From NCBI GenBank assembly GCA_964487115.1, contig CAZAPD010000057.1, positions 1 through 34,474 on the forward strand: a stretch of DNA of 34,474 bases. Direction: 5' to 3'. A model generated the notes under the pieces. It ran no database searches. It saw only the letters and a list, made by a program, of their open reading frames with translations, and was not told the origin of the DNA. Made by a program: the position numbers and the translations under genes. The stretch is from an uncultured Thermococci archaeon. GTDB taxonomy: Archaea > Methanobacteriota_B > Thermococci > Thermococcales > Thermococcaceae. Each line of letters begins with the position of its first letter. Position 1 is the first letter of the stretch. Of the stretch, positions 1 through 10,345 are shown piece after piece.

Positions 1-56
1 TGATCGAAGGAATTGGCGAAGACAGGACGGTTTACGAGGTGGAGCCAAAAATATAA
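1..56 (+). CDS. 3' end of a CDS entering the window (product unknown)
   Basis: Frame from nt 3 reads IEGIGEDRTVYEVEPKI to TAA at 54-56; purine-rich, coding-like; too short to identify. Confidence 0.4.
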   Translation, partial: IEGIGEDRTVYEVEPKI

Positions 57-103
57 AAGGCATTTCCTATTGCATCCTGTTTCCAGAACAGTTCTTCAAT
101 CAC

Positions 104-118
104 CGCAAGATTTATAAA
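104..118 (+). promoter_or_regulatory. BRE/TATA-like promoter for the tRNA-Phe/tRNA-Gly pair
   Basis: CGCAAGA followed by TTTATAAA (111-118), about 30 nt upstream of the tRNA 5' end. Confidence 0.6.
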
Positions 119-146
119 TCTGAGCTCTACCCTATCCATTGAGCAC

Positions 147-223
147 GGGGCGGTAGCTCAGCCTGGGAGAGCGCCGGACTGAAGATCCGGGTGTCGGGGG
201 TTCAAATCCCCCTCGCCCCACCA
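147..223 (+). tRNA. tRNA-Phe (GAA)
   Basis: GGGGCGG acceptor stem, anticodon arm CCGGA-CTGAAGA-TCCGG, TTCAAAT T-loop, encoded CCA. Confidence 0.97.
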
Positions 224-227
224 TTCT

Positions 228-305
228 GCGGTGGTAGTCTAGCCTGGTCCAGGACACCGGCCTTCCAAGCCGGCGACCCGGGTTCGAATCCCGGCCACCG
301 CACCA
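228..305 (+). tRNA. tRNA-Gly (TCC)
   Basis: GCGGTGG/CCACCGC acceptor stem, CCGGC-CTTCCAA-GCCGG anticodon arm, TTCGAAT T-loop, encoded CCA; 4 nt downstream of tRNA-Phe, so likely co-transcribed. Confidence 0.97.
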
Positions 306-597
306 CAATCTGTTTTTGAAGCCTTGAAAGAGCATCACTATAACCGCCCTCTGCAACAAGTTTTGCAAGCTCCTCGACCAAACCATTATACCAGTCCGTT
401 TCTTCTGCCACTAATCGACTGAATCTTGGAGAAGAGACACACTTCCTAATGGGCTTCTTGTTCTATTACCTTCACTCACCAAATGTTTCTAACTCTAAGT
501 TCCTCAGCACAGTACATATCATACGTGTTGATTCGTGCTGCTTTTAAAGAGAAAAAGTTTTTAATCTTTGATGTGGTGTTAAATTAAGGTGTTTAAG

Positions 598-1038
598 ATG
601 AAGAGAAAGAGCTTTCTCACCGAACAGCAGATTAAAATTCTCCGGCTGAGGGCAAAAGGACTTAAACAGAGTGAGATAGCAGAGATGCTTGGGACAAGCA
701 GAGCAAACATCAGCATCCTTGAACACAGGGCCCTTGAAAAGATTCAGAAGGCAAGAAACACTCTCCTCCTATGGGAGCAAATCAACTCTAAAATCAGTGT
801 TGATGTTAAACAGGGAGAAGATATCTTTGACGTTCCAGAAAAACTGTTCAAAAAAGCCGATGAAATGAATATAAAGGTGCCGTACAGTACGGCAGAGATT
901 ATAGCCTTTCTGGTTGACCATGCTCCAATTGAAGACAGAATAACCAAGCGTGATTTTACCCTCTTTCTCGATGCGAAAGATAGATTGAGAATAAGTGAGT
1001 GCATTCTGGAGGACTTCGAGGAAACAAAGAAAGGTTAG
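598..1038 (+). CDS. Tfx-family DNA-binding protein
   Basis: N-terminal sigma70-r4-like HTH (SFLTEQQIKIL..KGLKQSEIAEMLGTSRANISILE) plus Tfx-type C-terminal domain; start ATG 598 or GTG 589. Confidence 0.85.
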   Translation: MKRKSFLTEQQIKILRLRAKGLKQSEIAEMLGTSRANISILEHRALEKIQKARNTLLLWEQINSKISVDVKQGEDIFDVPEKLFKKADEMNIKVPYSTAEIIAFLVDHAPIEDRITKRDFTLFLDAKDRLRISECILEDFEETKKG

Positions 1039-1102
1039 CACTGAGCGGAATCACCTCAAAAGGGTAATAAAGGTAATGAATGTATCCCTATTGGTGGTGA
1101 CT

Positions 1103-2554
1103 ATGCTGGGAGACTATCGTTTTCCACCGAGATATGGACCCGAATGGGGGAGTGGAGGAATCTTCGGATTGAGATACCACAACGGTGTTCTCTATTTCAC
1201 CGTGGCCTTTGAAGCTCAGGCTCATTTCGTGAAGGAAGAAGACGAAAGGATGTATGAGTTTGAGCTGGTTGGGGAAAGACCTACCTCTGGAGGGGACACT
1301 TACAATGCCGTCGATACTGTCGATGAATTCATATATTTTGGTGGCTGGGTTCATGCTCCAGCAATCTATAAAAACAGAACTATAAGCTTCGTCAATAAGT
1401 ACTCTCATGTGCATGAATACGACACTGAGAATGACGAGATAAGACTCGTTTGGAAGGAGTCAATACACCATGAAACCGAGTGGGCTGGGGAAATAAGCGA
1501 AATAATCTACGATCCATACAACGACAGGCTTCTCTTAGCCAGAGAGGACGGTCATGCAAATCTTGGTGTTTATTCCCTTGACAGAAGGACGGGAAACGCT
1601 CAACCCCTCATAAAAGAACCTTCTCCCAAAGGGACTCTCGTCCATGACACCGTCTTTTTCGGTATAGGAAATAACTTCGTTTCAGGAATCGGGGAGTTTA
1701 AAGCCCTCGATCTCATAACGAACAAATGGGAAAGTTTCAAACCTGGGAGGAGCCTTGATGGGAGGCCATACATAAGGCCAAGGCTTGGAGCCATGGCATC
1801 GGCTTATAACAGGGCTTTTGCATTTGTGCGTGGAGGACTCTTTGTCGGCAATCCATTCATGGGGGATGAATTTACCTTTGCAAGGCTTTTTGAGTTCTAT
1901 ACATTTTATGCTCCATTCAGGGTTAATGCTATAAACGTCGGCGGTGGAATTCTAACAGCATTCAATGCTCACCATGATGCAACTTATAGGTTTGACATGG
2001 GAGAGAGCATAGAATGGACCACCACTAACATCATAACCGGCCCGAGCATTCTTGTTTATGTTGCACCCCCAATGGTGAAGATAGTTGGTGCCTTTGGAGC
2101 GAGGATAACGAGCATCGAAAAGATGAATGGCAAGATACTGTTAGGAACAAACAGCACTCCCAATACAGGCGCCAAAGAAGCAACACCTTTTGATACTGGA
2201 AACAAGGACATAGTTATTCTGGACGAAAAAGCCATTCAGGAGAAACCGCCAGCGGTTAGTTTTTCTCTGCCCCTATTCCTCCCGAGTATGGGAAAAAGAT
2301 ATGGAGGTGGGGCATTTGGCGGAATTCCGCTTGAAGGTTACCGTGAACCGAGGATAATAATCTATGCATCAAGAGACAACAAGCTAACCATTTACGAATA
2401 CGACCTCGCACTGCCCCTTGGAGACGCACATCAGGAGACATTTGAAATAAGAGCAGGAAAGAACATAATAGCCCTAAACTCTTTCAGCGGAATAGTTTCA
2501 TTCGAACTGGAAAAAGAGGATATGAAAGGAAAGGCTCGGATAGAACTTCTTTAG
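1103..2554 (+). CDS. Conserved archaeal protein (DUF2139-like, probable beta-propeller)
   Basis: YRFPPRYGPEWGSGGIFGL N-terminus; ATG 1103 follows a GGTGGTGA RBS. Confidence 0.7.
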   Translation: MLGDYRFPPRYGPEWGSGGIFGLRYHNGVLYFTVAFEAQAHFVKEEDERMYEFELVGERPTSGGDTYNAVDTVDEFIYFGGWVHAPAIYKNRTISFVNKYSHVHEYDTENDEIRLVWKESIHHETEWAGEISEIIYDPYNDRLLLAREDGHANLGVYSLDRRTGNAQPLIKEPSPKGTLVHDTVFFGIGNNFVSGIGEFKALDLITNKWESFKPGRSLDGRPYIRPRLGAMASAYNRAFAFVRGGLFVGNPFMGDEFTFARLFEFYTFYAPFRVNAINVGGGILTAFNAHHDATYRFDMGESIEWTTTNIITGPSILVYVAPPMVKIVGAFGARITSIEKMNGKILLGTNSTPNTGAKEATPFDTGNKDIVILDEKAIQEKPPAVSFSLPLFLPSMGKRYGGGAFGGIPLEGYREPRIIIYASRDNKLTIYEYDLALPLGDAHQETFEIRAGKNIIALNSFSGIVSFELEKEDMKGKARIELL

Positions 2555-2847
2555 TTTTCCACCTTTCCTATTTTTACCTCGCCTCTGTGGTTCTTCCAGC
2601 TGTAGCTGGACTCAACAAGCTCTTCAAGAGTTAGCCTCTGTGCTCCAACAATTTCCGGTTTAAACTCCTTAAGCATCTCCAGTACTTCATCTCTGGACAT
2701 CTTGGATTCATCAAAAACCAGTGAGCCCCTCTTGGAATAACCATTAATAAAAGCCCGATAAATCCCTTCCTTCTTCAGGAGTTCGTACTGCTTAATCATA
2801 GCATCCACTGGATTTATCTCCCCAAACTTCAGCTCAACCTTTAGCAT
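2551..2847 (-). CDS. Small conserved protein (DUF3213-like), downstream of tes
   Basis: True start probably ATG 2847 (MLKVELKFG) after GGGTGAT; IYRAFINGYSKRG motif; 5 nt after the tes stop. Confidence 0.7.
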   Translation of the reverse strand: MLKVELKFGEINPVDAMIKQYELLKKEGIYRAFINGYSKRGSLVFDESKMSRDEVLEMLKEFKPEIVGAQRLTLEELVESSYSWKNHRGEVKIGKVEN

Positions 2848-2852
2848 TTTGA

Positions 2853-4610
2853 TCACCCAAAGTAGTTCTCTATGTCTATGTAGGTCTTTCTGTAAAGCTC
2901 GCTCTTCTTCATCTTCTCGACAAACTCCCTTGTCCTGATGTATTTGTCCTTTCTGTACTCCCAGTTGGGATGAAGTGCTTTCCACTCCTCCCAGCTGTAG
3001 CTGAACTGAGCCTGCACCTTGTCACGGTAGAGCTCGGGAATGACATTGAAGGTACAGAAAGGCACTATCCTCCCGTCAGGCATGGCATAGTGTATGACAC
3101 AACGTTCAACACGCTCAACATCGTAGTTATACTCGTCCATGAAGTGCATCATTCCAAGGAAGAGAGCATTTACGTGGAACTGTCCGAGAGCATCATAGTT
3201 TCCGTGCATAAATGCATTCTTAATCAGACTCAGAACATCGAGCCCTTCTGGTGCATATTTCTCATCGTAAAAGCTCTTGAACTTGAGGAATATCTCCGCA
3301 CCCAGCTTGAGCTTCTGGAGCTTTCCTAAGTGTTTCCACTTCTGAACTTCTTCTGTTTTACTCTCCAAATATTCAACGAAGCCTTCAACATCAAGGAACC
3401 TGCTTATCGGAACGACACGCTTCCTCTCACGGTCAAGGAAAACATAGGTTGCAGCACCACAGCAGTAGTGGCTTGTCATGTAATATCTGGTTCCTGCAAA
3501 AGCCTCAAAGAATCTTGCGATGTGACCTGCTATTGGGATGGGATACCAGTCATCCATTGCTATTTCTCCATTTGTTTGTTCCTCTATTCTGGCTATGGCA
3601 CCGGGTATGGTTATTCTAAAGCGTTGCCGCTCTTTTTTCGGCACCCTACCGACAAGGGAAATCGGTTGGAAGTTTACACCACGGATTATGTCGAGGTGAT
3701 TGAGGCCAAAATTAATTATTGCCCCAAGTTCATGGTCGTTGACATTTCTTATGGTTGTCGGAACCAAAACAATCCCCGGACCTCCTGCTTTTCTCACATT
3801 CTCAAAGATAAGTGGAATCTCCCAATGGTTCTTCCAGTTTGTCTTTGGAGTCATACCATCATAGCTTAGATAAAGGGTATTCACCCCGGCCTCACGGATT
3901 TTTTTAACGAGTTCCGGCTCAAAAGCGAGCTTTATACCATCTGTGTTGAGCTGGATGTGGTCATAGCCTTCCTCCTTAGCTATTCTGATAATTTCTATGA
4001 GGTCATCCCTTAAAGTGGGCTCCCCACCCGTCAACTGAACCGCGTTGGCTCCTATAGGATATTCCAGCCTTGCATTTCTCAACATCATCCTGATCTGCTC
4101 AAGGGTAGGTTCATAGATAGGCTGGCCTTCTTTAGCATAGAAGAAGCAATACCAGCAACTTAAATTACATCTGTTGGTCAAGACTATGTTGAGAAGATTG
4201 GTATGAGAGCGATGCCTTGCACATAAACCACAGTCAAAAGGACAGTTGACCCCGCTGTTCTCAACGTTAAAACTCATTAAATTAAAATCGTACTTCCATT
4301 TCTGGAATCGATAATACTGTTCGACACTCTCATAATAAACATCCGTTATCATGCCTTCAGGACATTTTTTGGTTATCCAAACTTTACCATCCCTTTCCCA
4401 TACCAATGCAGGAACAACCCTCCTTGTCTCCGGACAAATTGAATATGTCTTATGGGGGAGAGGTCCTCCATAGCTTCTACTTGCTTTTTTAATCATTTCG
4501 TCAAATTCCTTTTCATTGATTTCTGGAAATTCTATAATATTTCTCACTCTATGGGTAAGCTCTTCGAATTCTTTTTCACCGCTGGGGGTTTCCCCAATAC
4601 TCTCGGCCAT
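2853..4610 (-). CDS. tes: Tetraether lipid synthase (GDGT-MAS/MJ0619-family radical SAM)
   Basis: N-terminal SICPET..KKCPEG, CPFDCGLCARH cluster, radical SAM motif CNLSCWYC, C-terminal RCVIHY..PFC. Confidence 0.88.
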   Translation of the reverse strand: MAESIGETPSGEKEFEELTHRVRNIIEFPEINEKEFDEMIKKASRSYGGPLPHKTYSICPETRRVVPALVWERDGKVWITKKCPEGMITDVYYESVEQYYRFQKWKYDFNLMSFNVENSGVNCPFDCGLCARHRSHTNLLNIVLTNRCNLSCWYCFFYAKEGQPIYEPTLEQIRMMLRNARLEYPIGANAVQLTGGEPTLRDDLIEIIRIAKEEGYDHIQLNTDGIKLAFEPELVKKIREAGVNTLYLSYDGMTPKTNWKNHWEIPLIFENVRKAGGPGIVLVPTTIRNVNDHELGAIINFGLNHLDIIRGVNFQPISLVGRVPKKERQRFRITIPGAIARIEEQTNGEIAMDDWYPIPIAGHIARFFEAFAGTRYYMTSHYCCGAATYVFLDRERKRVVPISRFLDVEGFVEYLESKTEEVQKWKHLGKLQKLKLGAEIFLKFKSFYDEKYAPEGLDVLSLIKNAFMHGNYDALGQFHVNALFLGMMHFMDEYNYDVERVERCVIHYAMPDGRIVPFCTFNVIPELYRDKVQAQFSYSWEEWKALHPNWEYRKDKYIRTREFVEKMKKSELYRKTYIDIENYFG

Positions 4611-4772
4611 TTCTATCACCTCAAATTTTCTCTTACCCTCCAGAGACTATTCTTCACTTGGGTATAAAAACTTTTGCGTAAATATGAAAATTTATCTGCA
4701 TAGGTATGCTGTATACGAACTAAACTGGGATTAAGATTAAATAGATTTCAGAGAAGTTAATGTGGTGATACA

Positions 4773-5141
4773 ATGCCAGCAAGAGAAATGAGGATGGAAA
4801 TGTTTCTCAGAGCTCTAATAAAAAGGGACTTCACGCGAGCCAGAGGACATTTGGATAAACTACAGAAACTTGTAGGAAGTGACGAATGGGGAAAAGGTTA
4901 TGGAAAGGCCATAAACGGATTTATGAGTGCCCTAAAGGATAATGACACAGATTCTCTAATAGTTCAGCTACTTAACACCCATGATAAAGAAAAAGCTGAA
5001 ATGCTTCTCAAACGCTTTGAGGATATTTTAAAGCATGAGTTTAGAGACGAATACGAAAAAGGGTATTACACTGCATGGGTTGAGTTTCTTAATGCATACC
5101 TTTCACAAAGAACCTTAGGTGTTAAACGTGTCAAAAGATAA
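4773..5141 (+). CDS. Conserved hypothetical protein
   Basis: 122-aa helical ORF with GTGGTGAT RBS; overlaps the udg start. Confidence 0.75.
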   Translation: MPAREMRMEMFLRALIKRDFTRARGHLDKLQKLVGSDEWGKGYGKAINGFMSALKDNDTDSLIVQLLNTHDKEKAEMLLKRFEDILKHEFRDEYEKGYYTAWVEFLNAYLSQRTLGVKRVKR

Positions 5142-5718
5142 CCAGATGAAAAAACTGGAAGAGAAAATCAAAAAGTGTCAGAGATGTCCGTTAGGGCAGC
5201 TTAGAACTCATCCAGTTCCAGGAAGCGGGAGTTATGATGCCAGAATAATGTTTGTCGGTGAAGCCCCGGGCTACTGGGAAGATCAGAAGGGCTTGCCCTT
5301 TGTGGGAAGAGCAGGTAGGATTTTAGATGAGCTTCTTGAAGAAATAGGTCTTAAGAGAGAGGACGTTTATATAACGAATATTGTTAAATGTCGTCCGCCG
5401 GGAAATAGAGACCCTACTGAGGAAGAAATTAAAGCCTGCTCGCCTTATCTGGACAAACAGATTGACCTCATCCGACCTAAAATCATAGTCCCATTGGGAC
5501 GGCATTCAATGGCATATATTCTCAGAAAGTTTGGATTTGTTCCTGAGCCCATAAGCAAAATCCATGGTAATGTGTTTGAAGCCCATACATTATTTGGCAA
5601 GATTCTTATAGTTCCCGTGTATCATCCAGCAGTTGCACTTTATAAACCCGCCCTTAAAAAAGAACTGCAGATGGACTTCAAGACTCTTAAAGAGATTCTC
5701 AACGATATAGAAAGCTAA
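5128..5718 (+). CDS. udg: Family-4 uracil-DNA glycosylase
   Basis: CQRCPL, GEAPG, PFVGRAG, KCRPPGNR and HPA motifs; start uncertain (GTG 5128 or ATG 5146). Confidence 0.95.
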   Translation: MSKDNQMKKLEEKIKKCQRCPLGQLRTHPVPGSGSYDARIMFVGEAPGYWEDQKGLPFVGRAGRILDELLEEIGLKREDVYITNIVKCRPPGNRDPTEEEIKACSPYLDKQIDLIRPKIIVPLGRHSMAYILRKFGFVPEPISKIHGNVFEAHTLFGKILIVPVYHPAVALYKPALKKELQMDFKTLKEILNDIES

Positions 5719-5760
5719 ATTTTTCTTCATTTTTCAATTACTATTCGGAGTAACCCTCTT

Positions 5761-5918
5761 TCTTCATGCATTTTTTCACTATAATAGCCTTTTCTTTGAA
5801 ACTTTTCTAAGAAAAGTTTTTATTGAATAAGCGTGCATTAATGTATTTGAAGATGCATCAGTGACTTATTATAGCATGAAACGAAAATAAATGACCATAA
5901 ACGTGCATGAAGATGCAC
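5761..5918. repeat. Repeated TGCATGAAGATGCA-type motif upstream of the NhaC-family gene
   Basis: TGAAGATGCA at 5848 and 5908; palindrome GTGCAT-GAAG-ATGCAC at 5903-5918; reverse copy TCTTCATGCA at 5761. Confidence 0.5.
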
Positions 5919-6056
5919 CATCACTTTGTTGTATTTGATAGAAATCCAATATTTCCAGCAAAAAGTTCGGTATATATGCCAGAATGTCAATCATTATCCA
6001 GAAACATTTATAAAATCCCCCAAGATTTTTGAATGAAGAAATGTGGAGGTGGAAAT

Positions 6057-7652
6057 GTGTCTGATTTCGGTATACTGTCCTTACTGCCCCCTCTGGTGGC
6101 AATTATCTTAGCTATCTGGACAAAAAGGGTTATACTTGCATTGTTTGCAGGTGTTTGGATTGGTGGAGTAATGGTCTCTGGATGGAACCCGATAACAGGA
6201 ACCACACAGACTCTTGATTGGATTGTCAAAAATGCCATTGATGACTGGAATGTCAAAATACTGCTTTTCGATTTCCTCATCGGTGCTGGTGTAGGACTGA
6301 TCTACAAATCCGGTGGTGCATTTGCCATAGGGCGCGCATTAGCCAGCAGAGTTAGAACAAGTAGAGGCGCTTCCATCATGGGATGGATTCTCGGTGTTCT
6401 CATATTCTTCGATGACTATACAAACACCATTATCGTCGGTAATACAATGAGGCCGATTACAGACAGGACAAGAGTATCAAGAGAGATGCTGGCTTATATA
6501 GATGATTCAACAGCCGCACCTGTTGCAGGTTTGGCCATAGTCTCAACATGGATTGGTTACGAGGTCGGTCTCATAGGTGACGCCTTCAAGGATCTCAATG
6601 TTAGCTATGGTGCATATGTTGCCTGGATGCACAGCGTTCCCTTCAGATTCTACTCAATACTGGCGATACTCTTAGTTCTCATAGTAGCCGCAACACACAG
6701 ACACTACGGTCCCATGCTTAAAGCTGAAATGCGCGCCAGAACAGAAGGTAAAGTTCTTCGTGATGGTGCTAAGCCGCTCATGACAACTGAAGTTGACCTT
6801 GGAATGCCGAAGGAAGGCGGAAGTGTGCATATTTTCATATGGCCAATAGTGACGCTCATCTTTGTAACGCTCTACGGAATGTGGTACACTGGAGGCGGAA
6901 GCAAGACCTATGCCACAGATGGTATTATGGGCGTTCTTGGTAACTCTGATTCTGCCCTTGCTCTGCTCTGGGGATCATTTGCTATGGTCGTCGTTGCATT
7001 TTTCCTCGTGCTCCTCACAAAGCAGATGAACATTGAAGAAGCTGAGGATGCGATAATAAAGGGCATGAAGCAGATGGTCATAGCAAACACCATTCTGCTT
7101 TTGGCATGGAGTATTAAAAGCGCCACCGATGCCGTTGGAACAGCACCGTACATTGTTAATATAGCCAAGAGCGCAGGAGTCACCGGTGGTGTAGTGCCAC
7201 TTATAGTATTTCTGGTTGCAATGTTTATCTCCTTCACAACGGGAACAAGCTGGGGAACATTCAGCATCATGATGCCCATAGCAATTCCCCTCGCCTATGG
7301 CGTCACTGGCTACGTCGGCCCGGAAGTCTTCGCTGCAATAGGTGCTGTCTTTGCCGGCGGTATCTTCGGTGACCACTGCTCGCCGATAAGCGACACGACG
7401 ATCATGAGTTCGATGTTCTCTGGTTCGGATCACATTGACCACGTTACGACGCAGATACCGTACGCGGTAACAGCTTCAAGTGTTGGCCTCGTGCTTTACC
7501 TGCTCTTTGCCATAGGCATTAGAAGCTGGGGAATTCTTATTCCCATAGGCATTATACTCCTTGTTGGTGCGTGGTACATTCTCACCGAGTGGTACGGCAA
7601 AAAGTACGGCATACCTCATGGACAGGTCCCGATATATGTTGTGGAGGAATGA
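6057..7652 (+). CDS. Na+/H+ antiporter NhaC-family transporter (substrate uncertain, possibly an amino acid)
   Basis: LSLLPPLVAI, FFDDY, DSTAAP, TGTSWGT and GDHCSPISDTT motifs; GTG start after GGAGGT. Confidence 0.88.
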   Translation: MSDFGILSLLPPLVAIILAIWTKRVILALFAGVWIGGVMVSGWNPITGTTQTLDWIVKNAIDDWNVKILLFDFLIGAGVGLIYKSGGAFAIGRALASRVRTSRGASIMGWILGVLIFFDDYTNTIIVGNTMRPITDRTRVSREMLAYIDDSTAAPVAGLAIVSTWIGYEVGLIGDAFKDLNVSYGAYVAWMHSVPFRFYSILAILLVLIVAATHRHYGPMLKAEMRARTEGKVLRDGAKPLMTTEVDLGMPKEGGSVHIFIWPIVTLIFVTLYGMWYTGGGSKTYATDGIMGVLGNSDSALALLWGSFAMVVVAFFLVLLTKQMNIEEAEDAIIKGMKQMVIANTILLLAWSIKSATDAVGTAPYIVNIAKSAGVTGGVVPLIVFLVAMFISFTTGTSWGTFSIMMPIAIPLAYGVTGYVGPEVFAAIGAVFAGGIFGDHCSPISDTTIMSSMFSGSDHIDHVTTQIPYAVTASSVGLVLYLLFAIGIRSWGILIPIGIILLVGAWYILTEWYGKKYGIPHGQVPIYVVEE

Positions 7653-7710
7653 GCCCTTTCTTTTCCCCAATTTTTATTAAGGTTTTTATGTATTTTTTCT
7701 GGTGGGTTCA

Positions 7711-8616
7711 ATGCTGGTTAAAGCGTTCATCCCAGCACATATAACTGCATTCTTCTTTCCGAGGTTTCATGATGATCCCTTAAAAGCGGGCTCATTAGGA
7801 GCGGGAATTAATCTCAATAAGGGAACTAATGTTTTTGTTGTTACTGATGAAGGTGCAGGAAGACTTGTTCATGTTATCTTTAATGGCAAACCTGTGAAGA
7901 GAAGTGCCGCCAAAATCAGTTATGGCGTAGCTGAGGAAATTATCCCTCCGGATTTCAGAGGAGATGTAGAGATATGGCAGTATTTCGATTTTCCAAATGG
8001 ACATGGCTTTGGAAACAGTGCAGGTGGTGCCTTAGGAACGGCCCTTGCACTGGCATATTCTTTTAAAAACAAAACACTCCTTCAAGCCGCCAGAGTTGCC
8101 CATAAGCATGAGGTTATTCATGGAGGCGGATTGGGGGATGTAATAGCCCAACTGCATGGCGGTCTTGAGATGAGAATAAAGGCAGGAGCTCCGGGGATTG
8201 GCGTTGTTGATAACATCTTTTTTGGGGATTACAAGGTTCTTACAGTTCCTCTCGGTAGGCTGAGCACAAAAGAAATCCTTAGAGGAGAAATTATCGACAA
8301 GATTGAGGTTAATGGAGAACGGGCTCTTGAGAAGCTGTTAAAAAATCCCACCCCAGAAAACATGATGCACTTAGCTCGGGAATTTGCCGAAGGTACAGGG
8401 CTCATGGAGGGGGAACTCCTTGAAATAGCCCAAGAACTGGATAAGGTTCTCAGACTCCCCTCTTCAATGGTGATGCTTGGGAGGAGCATATTTGCCCTTC
8501 TTAGGGAAGATGAGATTCCCCGGGTAAAGGAGGTTATTAATGATCTTGCGATAGAGAAATACTCAATCTGCGAAATCTACAACAGCAGACCAGAAGTAGG
8601 CAGGTGGATAGGCTAA
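7711..8616 (+). CDS. pok: Pantoate kinase (GHMP family)
   Basis: AFIPAHITAFF, AGSLGAG, PNGHGFGNSAGGAL and GGLGDV motifs. Confidence 0.9.
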   Translation: MLVKAFIPAHITAFFFPRFHDDPLKAGSLGAGINLNKGTNVFVVTDEGAGRLVHVIFNGKPVKRSAAKISYGVAEEIIPPDFRGDVEIWQYFDFPNGHGFGNSAGGALGTALALAYSFKNKTLLQAARVAHKHEVIHGGGLGDVIAQLHGGLEMRIKAGAPGIGVVDNIFFGDYKVLTVPLGRLSTKEILRGEIIDKIEVNGERALEKLLKNPTPENMMHLAREFAEGTGLMEGELLEIAQELDKVLRLPSSMVMLGRSIFALLREDEIPRVKEVINDLAIEKYSICEIYNSRPEVGRWIG

Positions 8617-8659
8617 CATTTTTTACCTTGGGAGTTCAATATCTCTTTAGGTGATGGTT

Positions 8660-10345
8660 ATGAAATACAGCGAGCTTGCGGGTTTGTATCAGAGGCTTGA
8701 AAAGACCACGTTGAAAACTCTGAAAACAAAGTATGTAGCTGAATTTCTGCGGAGTGTTGAAGATGCTCGACTGCTTGAGATTCTGCCATACCTCATCCTT
8801 GGAAAAGTTTTTCCCGACTGGGATGAGAGAGAACTCGGAGTAGGTGAGAAACTTCTGATAAAGGCAGTTTCAATGGCCACCGGTGTTAAGGCTGAGGAGA
8901 TTGAGAACTCTATAAAAGACACAGGGGATTTGGGCGAGAGTGTTGCACTGGCTTTGAAAAAAAGGAGGCAGAAGAGCTTTTTCTCACAGACTCTGACAAT
9001 CGAAAGGGTTTATGAAACATTCGTTAAGATAGCCGAGACAAGTGGAGAGAGAAGTCAAGACAGGAAGCTAAAATATCTCGCAAACCTCTATATGGATGCA
9101 AAGCCCGAAGAGGGTAAGTATCTCACCAGAACAATACTCGGCACAATGAGAACCGGTGTTGCTGAAGGAATCCTCAGGGATGCTATTGCAGAGGCATTTA
9201 AAGTTAAGGCAGAACTTGTTGAGAGGGCATACATGCTCACAAGTGACTTCGGCTATGTCACAAAGATAGCAAGGCTGGAAGGCAATGAAGGACTTGGCAG
9301 GGTTCAAATTCAAGTTGGGAAGCCCATAAGACCGATGCTCGCTCAGGTTGCGGCAAACATCGAAGAGGCCCTTAAAGAGATGGGTGGGGTGGCTGCTTTT
9401 GAGATTAAATATGATGGTGCGAGGGTTCAGGTTCACAAAGATGGCACCAAGGTCATAATATACTCCCGCAGGCTTGAAAACGTTACAAAATCAATTCCCG
9501 AGGTTGTTGAGAGGATAAGAGAGCATATCAAAGCTGATAAAGCCATTGTAGAAGGAGAGCTCGTTGCCGTTGGAGAAAACGACAGGCCAAGGCCATTCCA
9601 GTTCGTCCTAAGGAGGTTCAGACGAAAGTATAACATCGAGGAAATGATTGAAAAAATACCCCTTGAGCTCAATCTGTTTGATATCCTCTATATAAATGGT
9701 GAGGGACTTATCGATTCTACCTTCAGCGAGAGAAGGCACTCTCTTGAAAAAATCGTTGAGGAAACCGAGGGGATAAAGCTGGCTATTCAGCTCATTACCG
9801 ATAACTCTACGGAAGCCGAAGAGTTTTATAAAAAAGCTCTGGAGCTTGGACATGAAGGAGTTATGGTGAAGAGGCTTGATTCTGTCTATGAACCCGGAAA
9901 CAGAGGCAAAAAATGGCTTAAGGTAAAACCCACAATGGAGAACCTCGACCTGGTAATTATAGGTGCTGAATGGGGAGAGGGCAGGAGGAGTCATGTTTTT
10001 GCATCCTATCTCCTCGGAGCCTATGATCCAGAACAGGGCACTTTTCTTCCTGTTGGTAAGGTTGGAAGCGGCTTTACGGATGAGGATCTGGTGGAATTCA
10101 CAAAGATGCTGAAGCCCCTCGTTGTCAGAGAAGAAGGCAAGAATGTTGAGATAGAGCCCAAGGTTGTTATTCAAGTTACATATCAGGAAATCCAGAAGAG
10201 TCCAAAATATGAAAGCGGCTTTGCCCTCAGGTTCCCGAGATACGTGGCTTTGAGGGAGGACAAAAGTCCTGAGGAGGCAGATACACTGGAGAGGATTGCA
10301 CAGCTCTATGAACTACAGGAGAGGTTTAAAGCCGGGAGAAGATGA
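8660..10345 (+). CDS. lig: ATP-dependent DNA ligase
   Basis: EIKYDGAR (motif I), EGE, FDIL, EGVMVK, WLKVK, LRFPR. Confidence 0.98.
   Translation: MKYSELAGLYQRLEKTTLKTLKTKYVAEFLRSVEDARLLEILPYLILGKVFPDWDERELGVGEKLLIKAVSMATGVKAEEIENSIKDTGDLGESVALALKKRRQKSFFSQTLTIERVYETFVKIAETSGERSQDRKLKYLANLYMDAKPEEGKYLTRTILGTMRTGVAEGILRDAIAEAFKVKAELVERAYMLTSDFGYVTKIARLEGNEGLGRVQIQVGKPIRPMLAQVAANIEEALKEMGGVAAFEIKYDGARVQVHKDGTKVIIYSRRLENVTKSIPEVVERIREHIKADKAIVEGELVAVGENDRPRPFQFVLRRFRRKYNIEEMIEKIPLELNLFDILYINGEGLIDSTFSERRHSLEKIVEETEGIKLAIQLITDNSTEAEEFYKKALELGHEGVMVKRLDSVYEPGNRGKKWLKVKPTMENLDLVIIGAEWGEGRRSHVFASYLLGAYDPEQGTFLPVGKVGSGFTDEDLVEFTKMLKPLVVREEGKNVEIEPKVVIQVTYQEIQKSPKYESGFALRFPRYVALREDKSPEEADTLERIAQLYELQERFKAGRR

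Noticed and set aside
2596..3003. 13-bp direct repeat CCAGCTGTAGCTG in tes and the downstream small gene
   Set aside because: Both copies encode SYSW inside coding sequence; a single short match with no element-like structure.
2853..4610. Possible intein in tes (also considered for lig and pan)
   Set aside because: Protein lengths are ordinary and no intein or LAGLIDADG blocks were seen.
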